From positions 22,769,655 through 22,833,654 of the forward strand of contig NC_069004.1 in the NCBI RefSeq assembly GCF_001194135.2: a stretch of 64,000 nt of DNA, given 5' to 3'. Below are positions 12,588-25,784 of the stretch, one piece after another. Within the stretch, counting starts at the first letter, position 1, and every line of letters begins with the position of its first letter. Below the pieces are notes generated by a model. That model had not been told where the DNA came from. It saw only the letters and a list, made by a program, of their open reading frames with translations, and made no database searches. Made by a program: the position numbers and the translations under genes. The stretch comes from Octopus bimaculoides. Its lineage: Eukaryota.

Positions 12588-12795
12588 GGTGGCAAACTGG
12601 CAGGATCATTAGCCTGCTGGGCAAAATGCTTAGTGATATTTCATTCGTCTTCATGTTCTGAGTTCAAAATCTGCTGAGGTTGACTTTGCCTTTCATCCTT
12701 TCGGGGTTGATAAAATTAGTACCAGTTAAACACTGAGGTTGATGTAATCAACTTAGCCCCTCCCTCGAAATTGCTGGCCCTGTGCCAAAATTTGC
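12588..12795 (+). mobile_element. SINE family B copy
   Basis: ggtggcaaactggcagg...gagttcaaaatctgctgaggttgactttgcc...ctgtgccaaaatttgcag. Confidence 0.85.
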
Positions 12796-12827
12796 AGTCA
12801 TTGTTATCATCATAGTTATTAGAGAAG

Positions 12828-13154
12828 GTTAGGGTATACAGGGAGATACTGCTCCTGGTAAATTTAGTGAGAGTGGCAGTAATGACCAACCTGAATGGAC
12901 CTGCTTTCAGCATGATTAACACTGTTTCGAGAAGACACCACTAGCAATGAGGATAATTGGAGGGTGGGGAAGGGGTATTGGTTAAGCCTAGGAAGTTGTC
13001 TCCCCTTCTTTATATTTTTACTTCAATGCATGTTTTTGCTTTTGCTTTCTTTATTGATTTTATACAAAATCTCTTTATTCTTTAAATTTACTCATGTAAT
13101 GTCTCTGTCATCTGTCATCTTTGCGAGAAATAAAGACATAATAATAATAATAAT
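12828..13154 (+). mobile_element. 3' end of a Tx1/L1-like LINE with AATAAA and (TAA)n tail
   Basis: RVRVYREILL...VRVAVMTNLNG resembles the ORF2 C-terminus at 30570-30665. AATAAA at about 13129 is followed by (TAA)n. Confidence 0.55.
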
Positions 13155-13164
13155 TAAGGAGAGT

Positions 13165-13480
13165 AATTGTTATCCCAGTAGCTGTAAGGGTACTAGGAGC
13201 ACTAACAACCAAATTCAAGCAATATATTGAAGAAACTGGAATTGAGATGAGGTCAGAGCAGGCCCAAAAAGCTGCTGTGTTGGGAACAGCTAAGATTTTT
13301 GAGATTGGTGCTTGGGTGTTGAGTATCTTCCATGATAGTTAACATACAAGTACCAAGTCTTATAATCTGTGGAAAGAGGACCTGTGAGACCAACAACAAC
13401 AGGTTGCTGTCCACTCTCAAAGAATCAACCAAAGTAAATAGGACCGAGAGCTCTGAGAAGTAAAATGTAACTATAATAAG
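13165..13480 (+). mobile_element. 3' end of a Dong/R4-clade LINE
   Basis: VIPVAVRVLGAL...EQAQKAAVLGTAKI matches the QKxAxLGTAxIL C-terminal motif of R4/Dong ORFs. Confidence 0.7.
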
Positions 13481-13516
13481 GATGATGATGGTGATGATGA
13501 CTACTGCTACAGCAAA

Positions 13517-13930
13517 GGTAGCAAGCTGGCAGAATCATTAGCACACCAGACAAAATCTTTCGTGGCATTTTATCTGTCGCTACATTCTGAGTTCAAATTC
13601 CGCCGAGGTCGACTTTGCCTTTCATCCTTTCAGAGTCGATAAATTAAGTACCAGTTACGCACTGGAGTCAATGTAATCGACTTAATCCGTTTGTCTGTCC
13701 TTGTTTGTCCCCTCTATGTTTAGCCCCTTGTGGGCAATAAAGAAATATGAATCATTAGCACACCAGACAAAATCTTCCGTGGCATTTTATCTGTTGCTAC
13801 ATTCTCAGTTCAAATTGCACCAAGGTCAACTTTGCCTTTCATCTTTTCTGGGTTGATAAAATAAGGACCAGTCAAGCACTGTGATTGACTATCCTCCTCT
13901 CCTGAAATTTCAGCCTTGTGTCTATTGTAG
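13517..13930 (+). mobile_element. Tandem/chimeric family B SINE pair sharing a 68-bp head segment
   Basis: 13532-13599 and 13749-13816 differ at 3 of 68 positions; their downstream halves are different SINE subtypes. Confidence 0.85.
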
Positions 13931-14320
13931 AAAATATCATTATTACAATTCAGTCTTCTCTGCTTCTATTTACTACTTGGATATCTTGGTGCTTCGTTAT
14001 CAATCCATCATCTTCCACGTTCATTATCTGTCCATACCAATGCAGGCTTCTCTCTGGAACATCTAATATCCTCCCATACTCTGGTTTTCTCACAGCTCCT
14101 TACTATTTCATTGTTCCTATACATTAATGGTACAGTTCTAGCAAAACATACTTGCTTCATTTATCTCCAGACTTCCCACATCCTCTGTGTTCAGTGTCCA
14201 TGTTTTACTGTCACATACAGTATCACACTTTGTACATGAACATGAATACAATCTACCTTTGCTCTCAAATTTATTTTCTTTTTTCTTTTGGTTTTTGTTA
14301 TTTTTTCTTTTCATTCACAG

Positions 14321-14396
14321 AAGTTTCGGAAATTCCCTTGGAAATTGTTTATCAGACAAAGAATACTTAAGATGTATTAACAAAGCAGCAAAACCT
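14321..14396 (+). CDS. RAD52: RAD52 coding exon: SFGNSLGNCLSDKEYLRCINKAAKP
   Basis: Long pyrimidine tract and cag acceptor; GTGAGT donor. Matches the Rad52 motif FGNALGNCxxDKxYL. 76 bp, phase 2 in, phase 0 out. Confidence 0.97.
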
Positions 14397-15344
14397 GTGA
14401 GTTTTGCACCTAATTTCTGCCTCATTTCTCTGTCATTATCATAAATTATCATAATAATGCCCTGGGTTGAATGAGTCCTCAAACAAGTCCTATGATAGCA
14501 TGAGTTAGCTGTAGCTGCTTCTTGTATATTTCTGAATCAAAGTTCTTCCTTTCACATCAAACAAGCAGTGATTTTGTTGCTTTTGTTGTTCAACAACTTT
14601 CACCAAGCAGATCTATTACCAAAGGAATTCTAACTGTGACTCTCATATCTTTGTACATTAGAGGCTCACTATTGCTGGTTCCGCAATAAAATGTATCCAG
14701 TACCTGGTGCAAACTTGGTGCTTTGAAGGGCATCAAACCATAGGAACCATGCCAAAACTTGGAATATATTGAATGAGATGTGGTCCTTTGACCTATCGAG
14801 GAGGACAGTAACTCCAAATAAGAACTGACTCAGACAATGACCTAACTCATGCCATCATAGGAAATAAATTTAAACTGATGGTGTTAAGAAACTGTTACAT
14901 TCCTTTTTTAAACGTTGGGGTTTATTTCAGAGAGATTTAACTGACATGTCTAGCAGGGCAAGTGACTATATAGAGGCTTTCCTTTTGGTCTAAAGAAATA
15001 TTGTTGATTATTTTAGTGATTTGGAAGGAGAAAATATGGTCTCTAATATGTGTGTACATATACATATATGTATGTGTGTACTTTTCAAAACAAGTACTCC
15101 ATCTAGTGAGAGATAAATATTGTTTAATGTACACAGTATATAGTTATGAGCTACTAATAGTTTCATACATTGGAGACATTTCCTAGGCAGGTTTTAACAA
15201 CAGGCCTTGTGTCTCTGAACAATCTGCAGGCTTTGAGCACATGGGTTATACAATTTACAAATCATATTAAAACTTGCCTAGACAACATCTCCGATGCATG
15301 AAAATATTAGTAGGGCTCATGATGGTATACCATGTTCATTGAAT

Positions 15345-15392
<48 letters not shown>

Positions 15393-15402
15393 NNNNNNNN
15401 NN
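15393..15402. other. Assembly gap (10 N)
   Basis: N run after (TA)n. Confidence 1.
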
Positions 15403-16369
15403 TAGCCTTGGGCCAACCAAAGCCTTGTGAGTGGATTTGGTAGACAGAAACACTGAAAGAAGCCCGTTGTATATATATGTTTGTGTGACTGTGTTTGTCC
15501 CCACCAACATTGCTTGACAACCGATGCTGGTGTATTTATGTCCCCGTAACTTAGCGCTTCAGCAAAAGAGACTGATAGAATAAGTACTAGGCTTACAAAG
15601 AATAAGTCCTGGGGTCGATTTACTCGACTCAAGGTGGTGCCCCAGTATAGCTGCAATCAAATGACTGAAACAAGTAAAAGAATTAAAGAAAGAATGAATA
15701 TATATATATATATATATATCTAAATACAATTGAAAACAAATAGAAAGCAACAAAGTATTCAGACAGATACTGTACAAGCATTCAGTTATAATCCAGGTCC
15801 AAGCTAACCATATCATGTAGTAAGGAGCACCTAGGATTACTTAAGGTGAGCAATGCCACTGTAATTCATCTGATGGGTAAGTCTAGGGTTCACTTTGTCT
15901 ACGTACAGTTCACTTTGAACCACATCAGTGGATGGACCTCAAATAAAGTTGCATAGACTAATAATCAGTCAAAAGTAGCTGGGTGTAAATGCAATTGCTA
16001 GTTGTCTGTGCAGCAGAAACATGTGTCTGACACATTTAAATCAAATGCGTTGTACAATTGACTATAGAGATAAATATGCAAATGTGCTAATCCCACTATT
16101 CATTGTAATTATATATATATATAAATGAAATATTCAAACACTGAGATTTGAAGTTAGATGTCACTACTGTTCATATCATTTGTGGATAAATTCAAAATAT
16201 GATGATATCACCAGTAGTAGCATGGGTGGAACGCAGTTATGATAGCTTTAAGGAGCTATGAAATATAAATTTGTGTGTATATATGCATGGATGGATGTTC
16301 ATATATATTGCATATATGATACACACACACACACACATTAAAGCAATTAATTTCCTTCTTCTGTGGCAG

Positions 16370-16791
16370 CTGGCACCAGTTTATGACATTTCTGAGATGA
16401 AACAAGAGATTACAGATGCAAGAATCAACAAAGCTTGGTTGCTGAAACAACAGAAACAGCTAGAAGGGCCACGCCACAGCTTTCCACCTGGTAACATACC
16501 CACCGTGAAGAAGGAGATTCTAAATTCAGCCGATTCCGAATCTGACACTGTGATCAAGGTAGCCCAACAGCAACAACAGCAGAAAGATATCCAGACGAAG
16601 GTACCTGGTAGCAACAATGCAATGGAGACCCGAAATTGCCATTCCAAGGAATCATCTTCAGTAAAAAGTCATGAGATTTCGGCTGTTAACTCCACTGCTT
16701 CAGACATGAACAGATGCCTAGGTGATGACACTCCCAAGATGCCAGGATCAAGTAGCAGTAAGAACAAATGTAAAAGTAAAACCAAAGTTGA
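16370..16791 (+). CDS. RAD52: RAD52 coding exon, low-complexity linker with Q6 tract: LAPVYDISEMKQEITDARINK...KSKTKV(E)
   Basis: tttccttcttctgtggcag acceptor, in phase 0 with the previous exon. Open frame of 422 bp ends at a GTAAGT donor (phase 2) compatible with the exon at 50621. A weaker in-frame donor AAG|GTACCT exists at 16600/16601. Confidence 0.85.
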
Positions 16792-17094
16792 GTAAGTGTC
16801 TAAAGTGAGGATTCCTTTTCTTTTCTTTTCTTTGAATCAGGGACAAATGTGTCTGGTTGTGTTTTTTTCTCTTGTAAAAATATTAGCAAATATAAATGCA
16901 AGTCTGGCTCTGTGGTAAAAAATTTGCTTCACAACCACATAGTTCCTGGTTCAGTCCCATTGTGTAGCAGCTTGGACAAGTGTTTTCTACTACAGCCTCA
17001 GGCTGACCAAGGGTTTGTGAGTGGATTTGGTAGACAGAAACTGAAAGAACCCCATTGTATTTATATATATATAATGATATTAGAGACAAAACTA

Positions 17095-17136
<42 letters not shown>

Positions 17137-17570
17137 NNNNNNNNNNNNNNNNNNNNNNNNNNNNNNNNNNNNNNNNNNNNNNNNNNNNNNNNNNNNNNNN
17201 NNNNNNNNNNNNNNNNNNNNNNNNNNNNNNNNNNNNNNNNNNNNNNNNNNNNNNNNNNNNNNNNNNNNNNNNNNNNNNNNNNNNNNNNNNNNNNNNNNNN
17301 NNNNNNNNNNNNNNNNNNNNNNNNNNNNNNNNNNNNNNNNNNNNNNNNNNNNNNNNNNNNNNNNNNNNNNNNNNNNNNNNNNNNNNNNNNNNNNNNNNNN
17401 NNNNNNNNNNNNNNNNNNNNNNNNNNNNNNNNNNNNNNNNNNNNNNNNNNNNNNNNNNNNNNNNNNNNNNNNNNNNNNNNNNNNNNNNNNNNNNNNNNNN
17501 NNNNNNNNNNNNNNNNNNNNNNNNNNNNNNNNNNNNNNNNNNNNNNNNNNNNNNNNNNNNNNNNNNNNNN
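17137..17570. other. Assembly gap
   Basis: N run flanked by (TA)n. Confidence 1.
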
Positions 17571-17607
<37 letters not shown>

Positions 17608-18244
17608 CATTAGTGTTTGTCTTTGTGTCTGTATTTGTGCCCCACCAGTACTTGACAACTGGTGTTGGTGTGTTTATGACCCTGTAACTCAGTAGTTTGG
17701 CAAAAGAGATTCATAGAATAAGTACCAGGCTTCACAAAATATATATATATATATATAAGTACTGGAGTCAATTCATTCAACTAAAAATTCTTCAAGGTCG
17801 TGCCCTAACATGGCCACTGAAAATTAATCTTTTTTCATCTTTTGTTTTTTTTACTTATTGGATTGTAGCTAGTCTGGGGCACCACTTTGAAAGGTTTTTG
17901 TTGAAACAATAAACCCCAGTATTTAGTTTTTAAAGCCTACTACTTATGCTATTGTCCTCTTTTGTCAAACTGCTAAGTTACAGGAACATTAACAAACCAA
18001 TACCAGTTGTCATGTGATGGTGAGGACAAATACACACAAACACACACATACACACACACACACAAACGTACATATATAAAGTGTAAAGGTAACAAAAACA
18101 AAACAAAGATGATGTAAAAAAAGAAGCAGTTTGTATTAGTTTACTGCTCAGGAAATGGTGTAAAAAAGGGAGAAATTGTTAACATTTCGAGTATACACTC
18201 TTCTTCCAAAAGATAAGATAGACTTATATGTATTTATATAAATA

Positions 18245-18285
18245 TACTAGCAGAGATACCTGGCGTTGCTCCGGATTAAAATGGT
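18245..18285 (+). mobile_element. Possible Helitron/Helentron-type terminus
   Basis: tactagcagagatacctggcgttgctccgg resembles the ACTAG...CCCGGCGTTGCCCGG end of Helentron-associated repeats. The other end was not found. Confidence 0.35.
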
Positions 18286-20072
18286 ATAGTTTGTATATAT
18301 ATATTACAGTTATGTTGAAAGAGGTGATACAGGAAAGGGTAGCATTGATGACAAAACATTTGTAGAGTAAATGATGGTCTAATTTGACTAAGCGACATGT
18401 AATACATCCATTTGGAGGATTCCATGCCCTAACTTATCATAGAAAATTGGGAGTTGGCGGAGGGTATGTAATTTTTTAACCCACCAAAAAGCTGTCAGTG
18501 GATATACTCACCTTTGAGGCAGTCAGTGCTGTGTCTAACATGACCCATCGTATGGTTGACAGTCAAATGAATGGAGATGTACTGGAGATATTGTATGTAA
18601 ATGGGTAAACTATTGTCTGGAGTTGCTTTACCTGATTCACACAATGGTGATAATACTATCTAATGAAATAATATCTACATGACCTGTATAACATGCCATA
18701 TTGTTAATCATTAGACTACTCCCTACTGCTGGCTTTCATTAATATTCCATCTGACTCCATATTAAGTGTAGTTTATTATATAGCACCCATCCTCCTTTAA
18801 ACTCTTTAATGATAAGTGGTACTCTACTGTTACTAACACTACAATTCCATGATCTTATTATTCAATTGCCTTCGTACCCTCCTCCAACTTTCAACCAATA
18901 TCCACAGAATACCCCTAAATTCTGTGTTTCTCTGCCCCACACCTTTAGCTAGTGAATCCTAAAACCAACCCTATGCCTAATTGTTTTGTATGCTCTTATT
19001 TTTCTTTGCACTTACTTTTGCTTTATTTATTCTTTCTTTCTTTATCCTTAATTTGTATTAGGACCTCTCCTTGCTTCCCACTGCTCTAAGCCTACTATAA
19101 TAAAATATCACCTACACCCAGCACTGGCCTACCTAAGAATCAGTCTAGCAGAATTCTATCTCACCTGGATCGCCCACCTTGGATATCATATTACACACTT
19201 TCAAAAACTATATTCTTAACTTCAATGATCAACTTTGTTAGTCATTCTCCCATTTCATAGTTGGCATCGACAGACTCCAGCGACATCTCTGCTGTATTCT
19301 TGGGATATTCTTCTGTTTGTAAAATTATGTTTCATCTGATGGCTACGGTTTTTTGTAATGGAGTAATGTTCTCATTCTTCTATGAAAAAGTTACGTAAGA
19401 AACAGCTGTAATGAGCCGACAATTATCCATCGTATGTTATTATTCATTTGATTATAATACACCAAGGGGATTTATGACTTGTCGGACACCTAGAGTATAC
19501 CAACAACATACTATTCAAAGTAATGAATGATTTGAACCAGCCCCTAAGCACTAAATACTCATAGGGTTGGTTTTCTCTTTGTACACAACTGGAATATCCT
19601 ATTTGATACTTACCAACCATAGGCCGGAACCACAGAGATTATCCAACCCTATCTAGTGCATATCTTTTCAAGTTCCTGATTCTATCTGAATCCTTATTTT
19701 AGTATGTGTATATATACATGTGTGCGTGTACACATATATATGTATGTATGTATATATACACACACACGCAAAAGCTGTTTTCATCAACTGACTGCATCTG
19801 AAAAATGTGGTGCTGTAATTGCTTATCAAATGTGACTAGAAGTGGTTTCTCCTTAACCAGTTGAATCTAGATTAAAATGGAAAATGAGAAAGCAAAACAT
19901 TTGGCATCATTCAAAAGCCATTTAATTCACATAGAGAATATAAACAGTGTAGAATACTTATGATAAAAAGATAAAGTCTCTTCTATGCACTACATAGAAA
20001 ATATAATAATCTCTATGTAAATTAAGTGTTTTTTGAATGATGCCAAATATTTTGCTTTTTCATTTTATATTT

Positions 20073-20132
<60 letters not shown>

Positions 20133-20152
20133 ATATATATATATATATATAT

Positions 20153-20863
20153 NNNNNNNNNNNNNNNNNNNNNNNNNNNNNNNNNNNNNNNNNNNNNNNN
20201 NNNNNNNNNNNNNNNNNNNNNNNNNNNNNNNNNNNNNNNNNNNNNNNNNNNNNNNNNNNNNNNNNNNNNNNNNNNNNNNNNNNNNNNNNNNNNNNNNNNN
20301 NNNNNNNNNNNNNNNNNNNNNNNNNNNNNNNNNNNNNNNNNNNNNNNNNNNNNNNNNNNNNNNNNNNNNNNNNNNNNNNNNNNNNNNNNNNNNNNNNNNN
20401 NNNNNNNNNNNNNNNNNNNNNNNNNNNNNNNNNNNNNNNNNNNNNNNNNNNNNNNNNNNNNNNNNNNNNNNNNNNNNNNNNNNNNNNNNNNNNNNNNNNN
20501 NNNNNNNNNNNNNNNNNNNNNNNNNNNNNNNNNNNNNNNNNNNNNNNNNNNNNNNNNNNNNNNNNNNNNNNNNNNNNNNNNNNNNNNNNNNNNNNNNNNN
20601 NNNNNNNNNNNNNNNNNNNNNNNNNNNNNNNNNNNNNNNNNNNNNNNNNNNNNNNNNNNNNNNNNNNNNNNNNNNNNNNNNNNNNNNNNNNNNNNNNNNN
20701 NNNNNNNNNNNNNNNNNNNNNNNNNNNNNNNNNNNNNNNNNNNNNNNNNNNNNNNNNNNNNNNNNNNNNNNNNNNNNNNNNNNNNNNNNNNNNNNNNNNN
20801 NNNNNNNNNNNNNNNNNNNNNNNNNNNNNNNNNNNNNNNNNNNNNNNNNNNNNNNNNNNNNNN
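20153..20863. other. Assembly gap
   Basis: N run after (TCTA)n(TA)n. Confidence 1.
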
Positions 20864-21010
20864 CTGGCATGTGTTGGATGGTTTGACAAGAGTAGACAAA
20901 CCAGTGGGCTTCACCAGTTTCCATATCTCCTTTGGTATGGTTTTTACATCTGAAATGCCCTTCCTAATGCCAGCCACTTAACAGGGTGTACTGGGTGCTT
21001 TTTACATAGC

Positions 21011-21061
<51 letters not shown>

Positions 21062-21329
21062 CATACATATATAATCCTAAGGTCCACTTTTCCATGCTTT
21101 CATGGGTCCAATGAAATTTATGCAGTCAGATTTTAGTACATTAAAGCTTATGAGAGACCTAACTTCACATATGAGATCCAGGATGATTTTTTTAAAGCGA
21201 TTTTTTAAAAACCAATATATGTCTTATATGCCATCAAATATAGTATATATCATTATCATCATCATCAGTTAGCAGAGCATCAGTATGTGTATGCATGTGT
21301 GTGTGTGTATATATATGTGTATATATATA

Positions 21330-22090
21330 GGCGCAAGAGTGGCTGTGTGGTAAGTAGCTTGCTTACCAACCACATGGTTCTGGGTTCAGTCCCACTGCAT
21401 GGCATCTTGGGCAAGTGTCTTCTACTATAGCCTCCGGCCAACCAAAGCCTTGTGAATGGATTTGGTAGACGGAAACTGAAAGAAGCCCATCATATATATG
21501 TATATATGTGTGTGTGTGTGTGCCTGTGTTTGTCCCCCTAGCATTGCTTGACAACCGATGCTGGTGTGTTTATGTCCCCGTCACTTAGCGATTTGGCAAA
21601 AGAGACCGATAGAATAAGTACTAGGCTTACAAAAGAATAAGTCCCGGGGTCGATTTGCTCGACTAAAGGCAGTGCTCCAGCATGGCTGCNNNNNNNNNNG
21701 TGTGGTAAGTAGCTTGCTTACCAACCACATGGTTCTGGGTTCAGTCCCACTGCATGGCATCTTGGGCAAGTGTCTTCTACTATAGCCTCCGGCCAACCAA
21801 AGCCTTGTGAATGGATTTGGTAGACGGAAACTGAAAGAAGCCCATCATATATATGTATATATGTGTGTGTGTGTGTGCCTGTGTTTGTCCCCCTAGCATT
21901 GCTTGACAACCGATGCTGGTGTGTTTATGTCCCCGTCACTTAGCGATTTGGCAAAAGAGACCGATAGAATAAGTACTAGGCTTACAAAAGAATAAGTCCC
22001 GGGGTCGATTTGCTCGACTAAAGGCAGTGCTCCAGCATGGCTGCAGTCAAATGATTGAAACAAGTAAAAAGTAAAAGAGTAAAAGAGTAT
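21330..22090 (+). mobile_element. SINE family A copy, represented twice across a 10-N gap
   Basis: About 340 bp on either side of 21690-21699 look identical (355-bp offset; identical ORFs in the track). Confidence 0.85.
21690..21699. other. Assembly gap (10 N)
   Basis: N run between two apparently identical SINE segments. Confidence 1.
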
Positions 22091-22833
22091 ATATATATTG
22101 CTCCATGAAAATAAGATCAACAAAAAAAGTACTCCATCTGGTGAGAGATAAATATTGTTTAAAGAACAATGAGCTCCTAATAGTTTGTTTTGATGAAAAT
22201 GACTCAGCATTTTATAACACATCTAATGCCTTCATGCAATCTTCAGGCTTACCCCCTCCCCCGAAATTGCTAGCCTTGTACCAAAATTTGAAACCATTAT
22301 TACCTTACTTGGAAATAGGTGAGGGTTGACAGTAGGAAGGGTTCTTGGGCATTAAAAACCTTCCCCAATGAATTACATCTGACCCTTGCAAATATGGAAA
22401 ATGGACATGATGATAGCGTATGTAAACACAAACAGTAGCTCTCTCCCCCCCCCCACTGGTAACACCCACAACCCCAACATTAACAAACTAGTTGACTATT
22501 CCACATTTTGTTGTCCTCAATTTCTATGCATTTTTGTATCTAGCAATCCATCTCCAGCGGGGTTGCATTTAACTTTAGGTTATTCTTAAGAATCCTTTCA
22601 TCTATATGATAAAAAAAAAAGGGTGGAGCTGGGTTTTATTCTTTTTAGTTCAGAATTTGCATGGTGTGTGTTTCAGTGTTGCTTTTGTTTGGGTACAAAT
22701 TGGCTTCTTGCATCTTGTTTAGTTTATCATAAAAGCTTGTAATGTATCTATCAGAGGGGTGCTGTTGTTGTTTTTATTATTTTTATGTGTAAATGTGTGT
22801 GTACATACATACATTTTTATACATATATGCATC

Positions 22834-22884
<51 letters not shown>

Positions 22885-22902
22885 GCATATACATGTGTGT
22901 GC

Positions 22903-22943
<41 letters not shown>

Positions 22944-23308
22944 NNNNNNNNNNNNNNNNNNNNNNNNNNNNNNNNNNNNNNNNNNNNNNNNNNNNNNNNN
23001 NNNNNNNNNNNNNNNNNNNNNNNNNNNNNNNNNNNNNNNNNNNNNNNNNNNNNNNNNNNNNNNNNNNNNNNNNNNNNNNNNNNNNNNNNNNNNNNNNNNN
23101 NNNNNNNNNNNNNNNNNNNNNNNNNNNNNNNNNNNNNNNNNNNNNNNNNNNNNNNNNNNNNNNNNNNNNNNNNNNNNNNNNNNNNNNNNNNNNNNNNNNN
23201 NNNNNNNNNNNNNNNNNNNNNNNNNNNNNNNNNNNNNNNNNNNNNNNNNNNNNNNNNNNNNNNNNNNNNNNNNNNNNNNNNNNNNNNNNNNNNNNNNNNN
23301 NNNNNNNN
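22944..23308. other. Assembly gap
   Basis: N run flanked by (TA)n. Confidence 1.
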
Positions 23309-23358
<50 letters not shown>

Positions 23359-24234
23359 TATGCACACACACACACACATATACAACTAACAACTGTTTCT
23401 AACTCCCACTGAATTTTTGAAAGTTAAACTATTTTCTCGAAGTAGAGAGGAAGAGAAAATGTGTCAAATTGTTGGACTTTGCCCTGTACTGTAATGTAAG
23501 CCCCTGCAACAAATCTAATATAAAATTGATGTATAAACTTCTGCAATCTGCAAACCATTGAAGAAGCAAAATTGCTTATTGGACTGCTAGCTCATTGGTC
23601 TATTTAGTGATGTAGGGAAACGAAGAGCTTTTGGTAAAGCAGCAAGCTGGCAGAATTGTTAGCATGGCAGCATTTTGTCTGTCTTTATATTCTGAGTTCA
23701 AATACCACTGAGGTTGATTTTGCCTTTCATCCTTTTGGGGCTGATAAAATAAGTACTAGAGATGAACAGTGGAGATGATGTAATCAACACCCCCACCTCT
23801 CTGAAATTGCTGGCCTTGTGCCAAAATTTGAACCCATCATTTCCTTTTGTTAAGGCTGTGAGGTGGCAGTGTCGTTAGCATTCCAGGCAAAATGCCCGGC
23901 AGCAATATATTTAAGTCTGGTACATATTTATAAGTCCCTTCTGCTGAACTGCACAGTTATGGGGATGTAAACAAACCAGCACCAGTTGTCACTTGGTGTG
24001 AGAACAAATACAAACACAGAGGAACACACACATGCATGTGCATGCATCCTCCACCATCACATATATATATCTGAGTTTCCATCTCCCAGATTCACTCACA
24101 AGGCAATGGTTGGCATTAGTGGAAGACATTTGCCCAAGGTGTCGCACAGTAGGACTGAACCCAAACCATGTGGTTGCAAAACCAGCTTCTTAACTACACA
24201 GCTATGCTTGCATGTTTATTAAAGATGATTTCTT

Positions 24235-24428
24235 TTACTTTTATCTTTTACTTGTTTCATTCATTTGACTGGCCATGTTGGGGCACCGCCTTGAAGTATT
24301 TTTAGTCGAATGAATCAACCCCAGTAGATTTTTTTTTCAAGCCTGGTACTTATTCTATCAGTATCCTATATTGAACTGCTAAGTTATGGAGACATAAACA
24401 CACCAACATCGGTTGTCATGTGGCTGGA

Positions 24429-24496
<68 letters not shown>

Positions 24497-24680
24497 TATA
24501 CATATATACATATACATATATACGACGGTCTTCTTTCAGTTTCTGTCTACCAAATTAACTCACAAGGTCTGGTGGCCCAAGGCTATAGTTGAAGACACTT
24601 GCCCAAAGTGCCACACAGTGTGACTGAACCCAAAACCATATGGTTGGGAAAGAAACTTCTTACAGCACAGCTATGCTCGG
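24235..24680 (-). mobile_element. SINE family A copy with (CA)n expansion
   Basis: Reverse complement of the family A consensus; a partial copy is adjacent at about 23935-24215. Confidence 0.8.
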
Positions 24681-25784
24681 ATATTCTGTATATTATATTT
24701 ATTCATTGTAGACAGAGGTATGTATACCTGCGTGGTTAAGAAGTTCACATCATAATCAGGAAGTCATGGATTCTTTCCTACTGCATGGCATCATCATAAT
24801 CATCATCATCATCATTTAACATCCATTGGCCATGCTGGACAGTGTGACCAGAGCTGGCAAGCCAGTGGGCTGCACCAGACTCCAGTCTGATTTGGCATGA
24901 CCTCTATGGCTGGATGCCCTTTCTAATGCCACCCACTTTACAGAGTGTACTGGGTGCTTTTATGTGGCACTGAATAGGCACTTTTATACGGCACTACATG
25001 GACACTTTCACAGTGTGCCACACAGGCACTTTTATGAGGAACCAATATGGGTGCTTTACACATCCAGTAGGATTGGTCTTAACACTTCTGCTGCAGGATA
25101 CAGGTCTTCTTGAGTACAGCCAGATACCAGGTACCTGAAAGGTATGACTTCCTGAGGTTGTTCTTGGGCAAATATCTTTGCCATAGTCTCAGGTTGATCC
25201 AAGAACTAAGTGAAATTGGAGAGACACAGAAACTTATGTGGAAGTCTTGTGGATGGATATTTACCCATAATTCAAAGCCTTGTTACATATTGTATCATGT
25301 TTTGCTGAATCATTTGAAATCATTAGAATTTATGTTATAGAGATATGAGTCTGTTATTAAATTCTCAGCCTCCTGGATTAATTGAGTTTTTTGTTAGATT
25401 GATTGAACGACTGAATGTTTATTTTTGAAACCAACAGAAGTTCCACTATTTATTTGTAACCCAGGTGTGGGCATGGCAGTATGGTTAAGAAGTTTGCTTC
25501 CCAACCATGAGGTTTCAAGTTCAATCCCACTGCGTCACCTCGAGCAAGTGTTCTCTAGTATAGACCTGGGCTGCCCAAAGCCTTTATGAGTGGGTTTGGT
25601 TAATGGAAACTAAAAGAACCCTCTCACATATACATGTGTGTGTGTGTGTGCACCCTTGTCTTCACATCACATGATGGTTGTAAATAAGTATCAATTTCAT
25701 ACAAGCAATTTGTCCAACTCTTACGTTCCGAGTTCAAATTCCACCAAAGTTGATTTTGCCTTTTATCCTTTTGGGGCTACACTT

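Noticed and set aside
18178-18215. Minus-strand hammerhead-like motif (GGAAGA-AGAGT-GTAT-ACTC-GAAAT)
   Set aside because: Stem II is good, but the core is mutated and stems I and III do not pair.
21349-22044. Apparent tandem duplication of a roughly 340-bp SINE
   Set aside because: The copies look identical and are separated by exactly 10 N, which points to an unmerged contig overlap rather than biology.
17055-23412. Long ORFs of 180-310 aa in the ORF track
   Set aside because: They consist of N-gaps and (TA)n/(TG)n repeats (YIYI, X runs). The same applies to 63056-63730.
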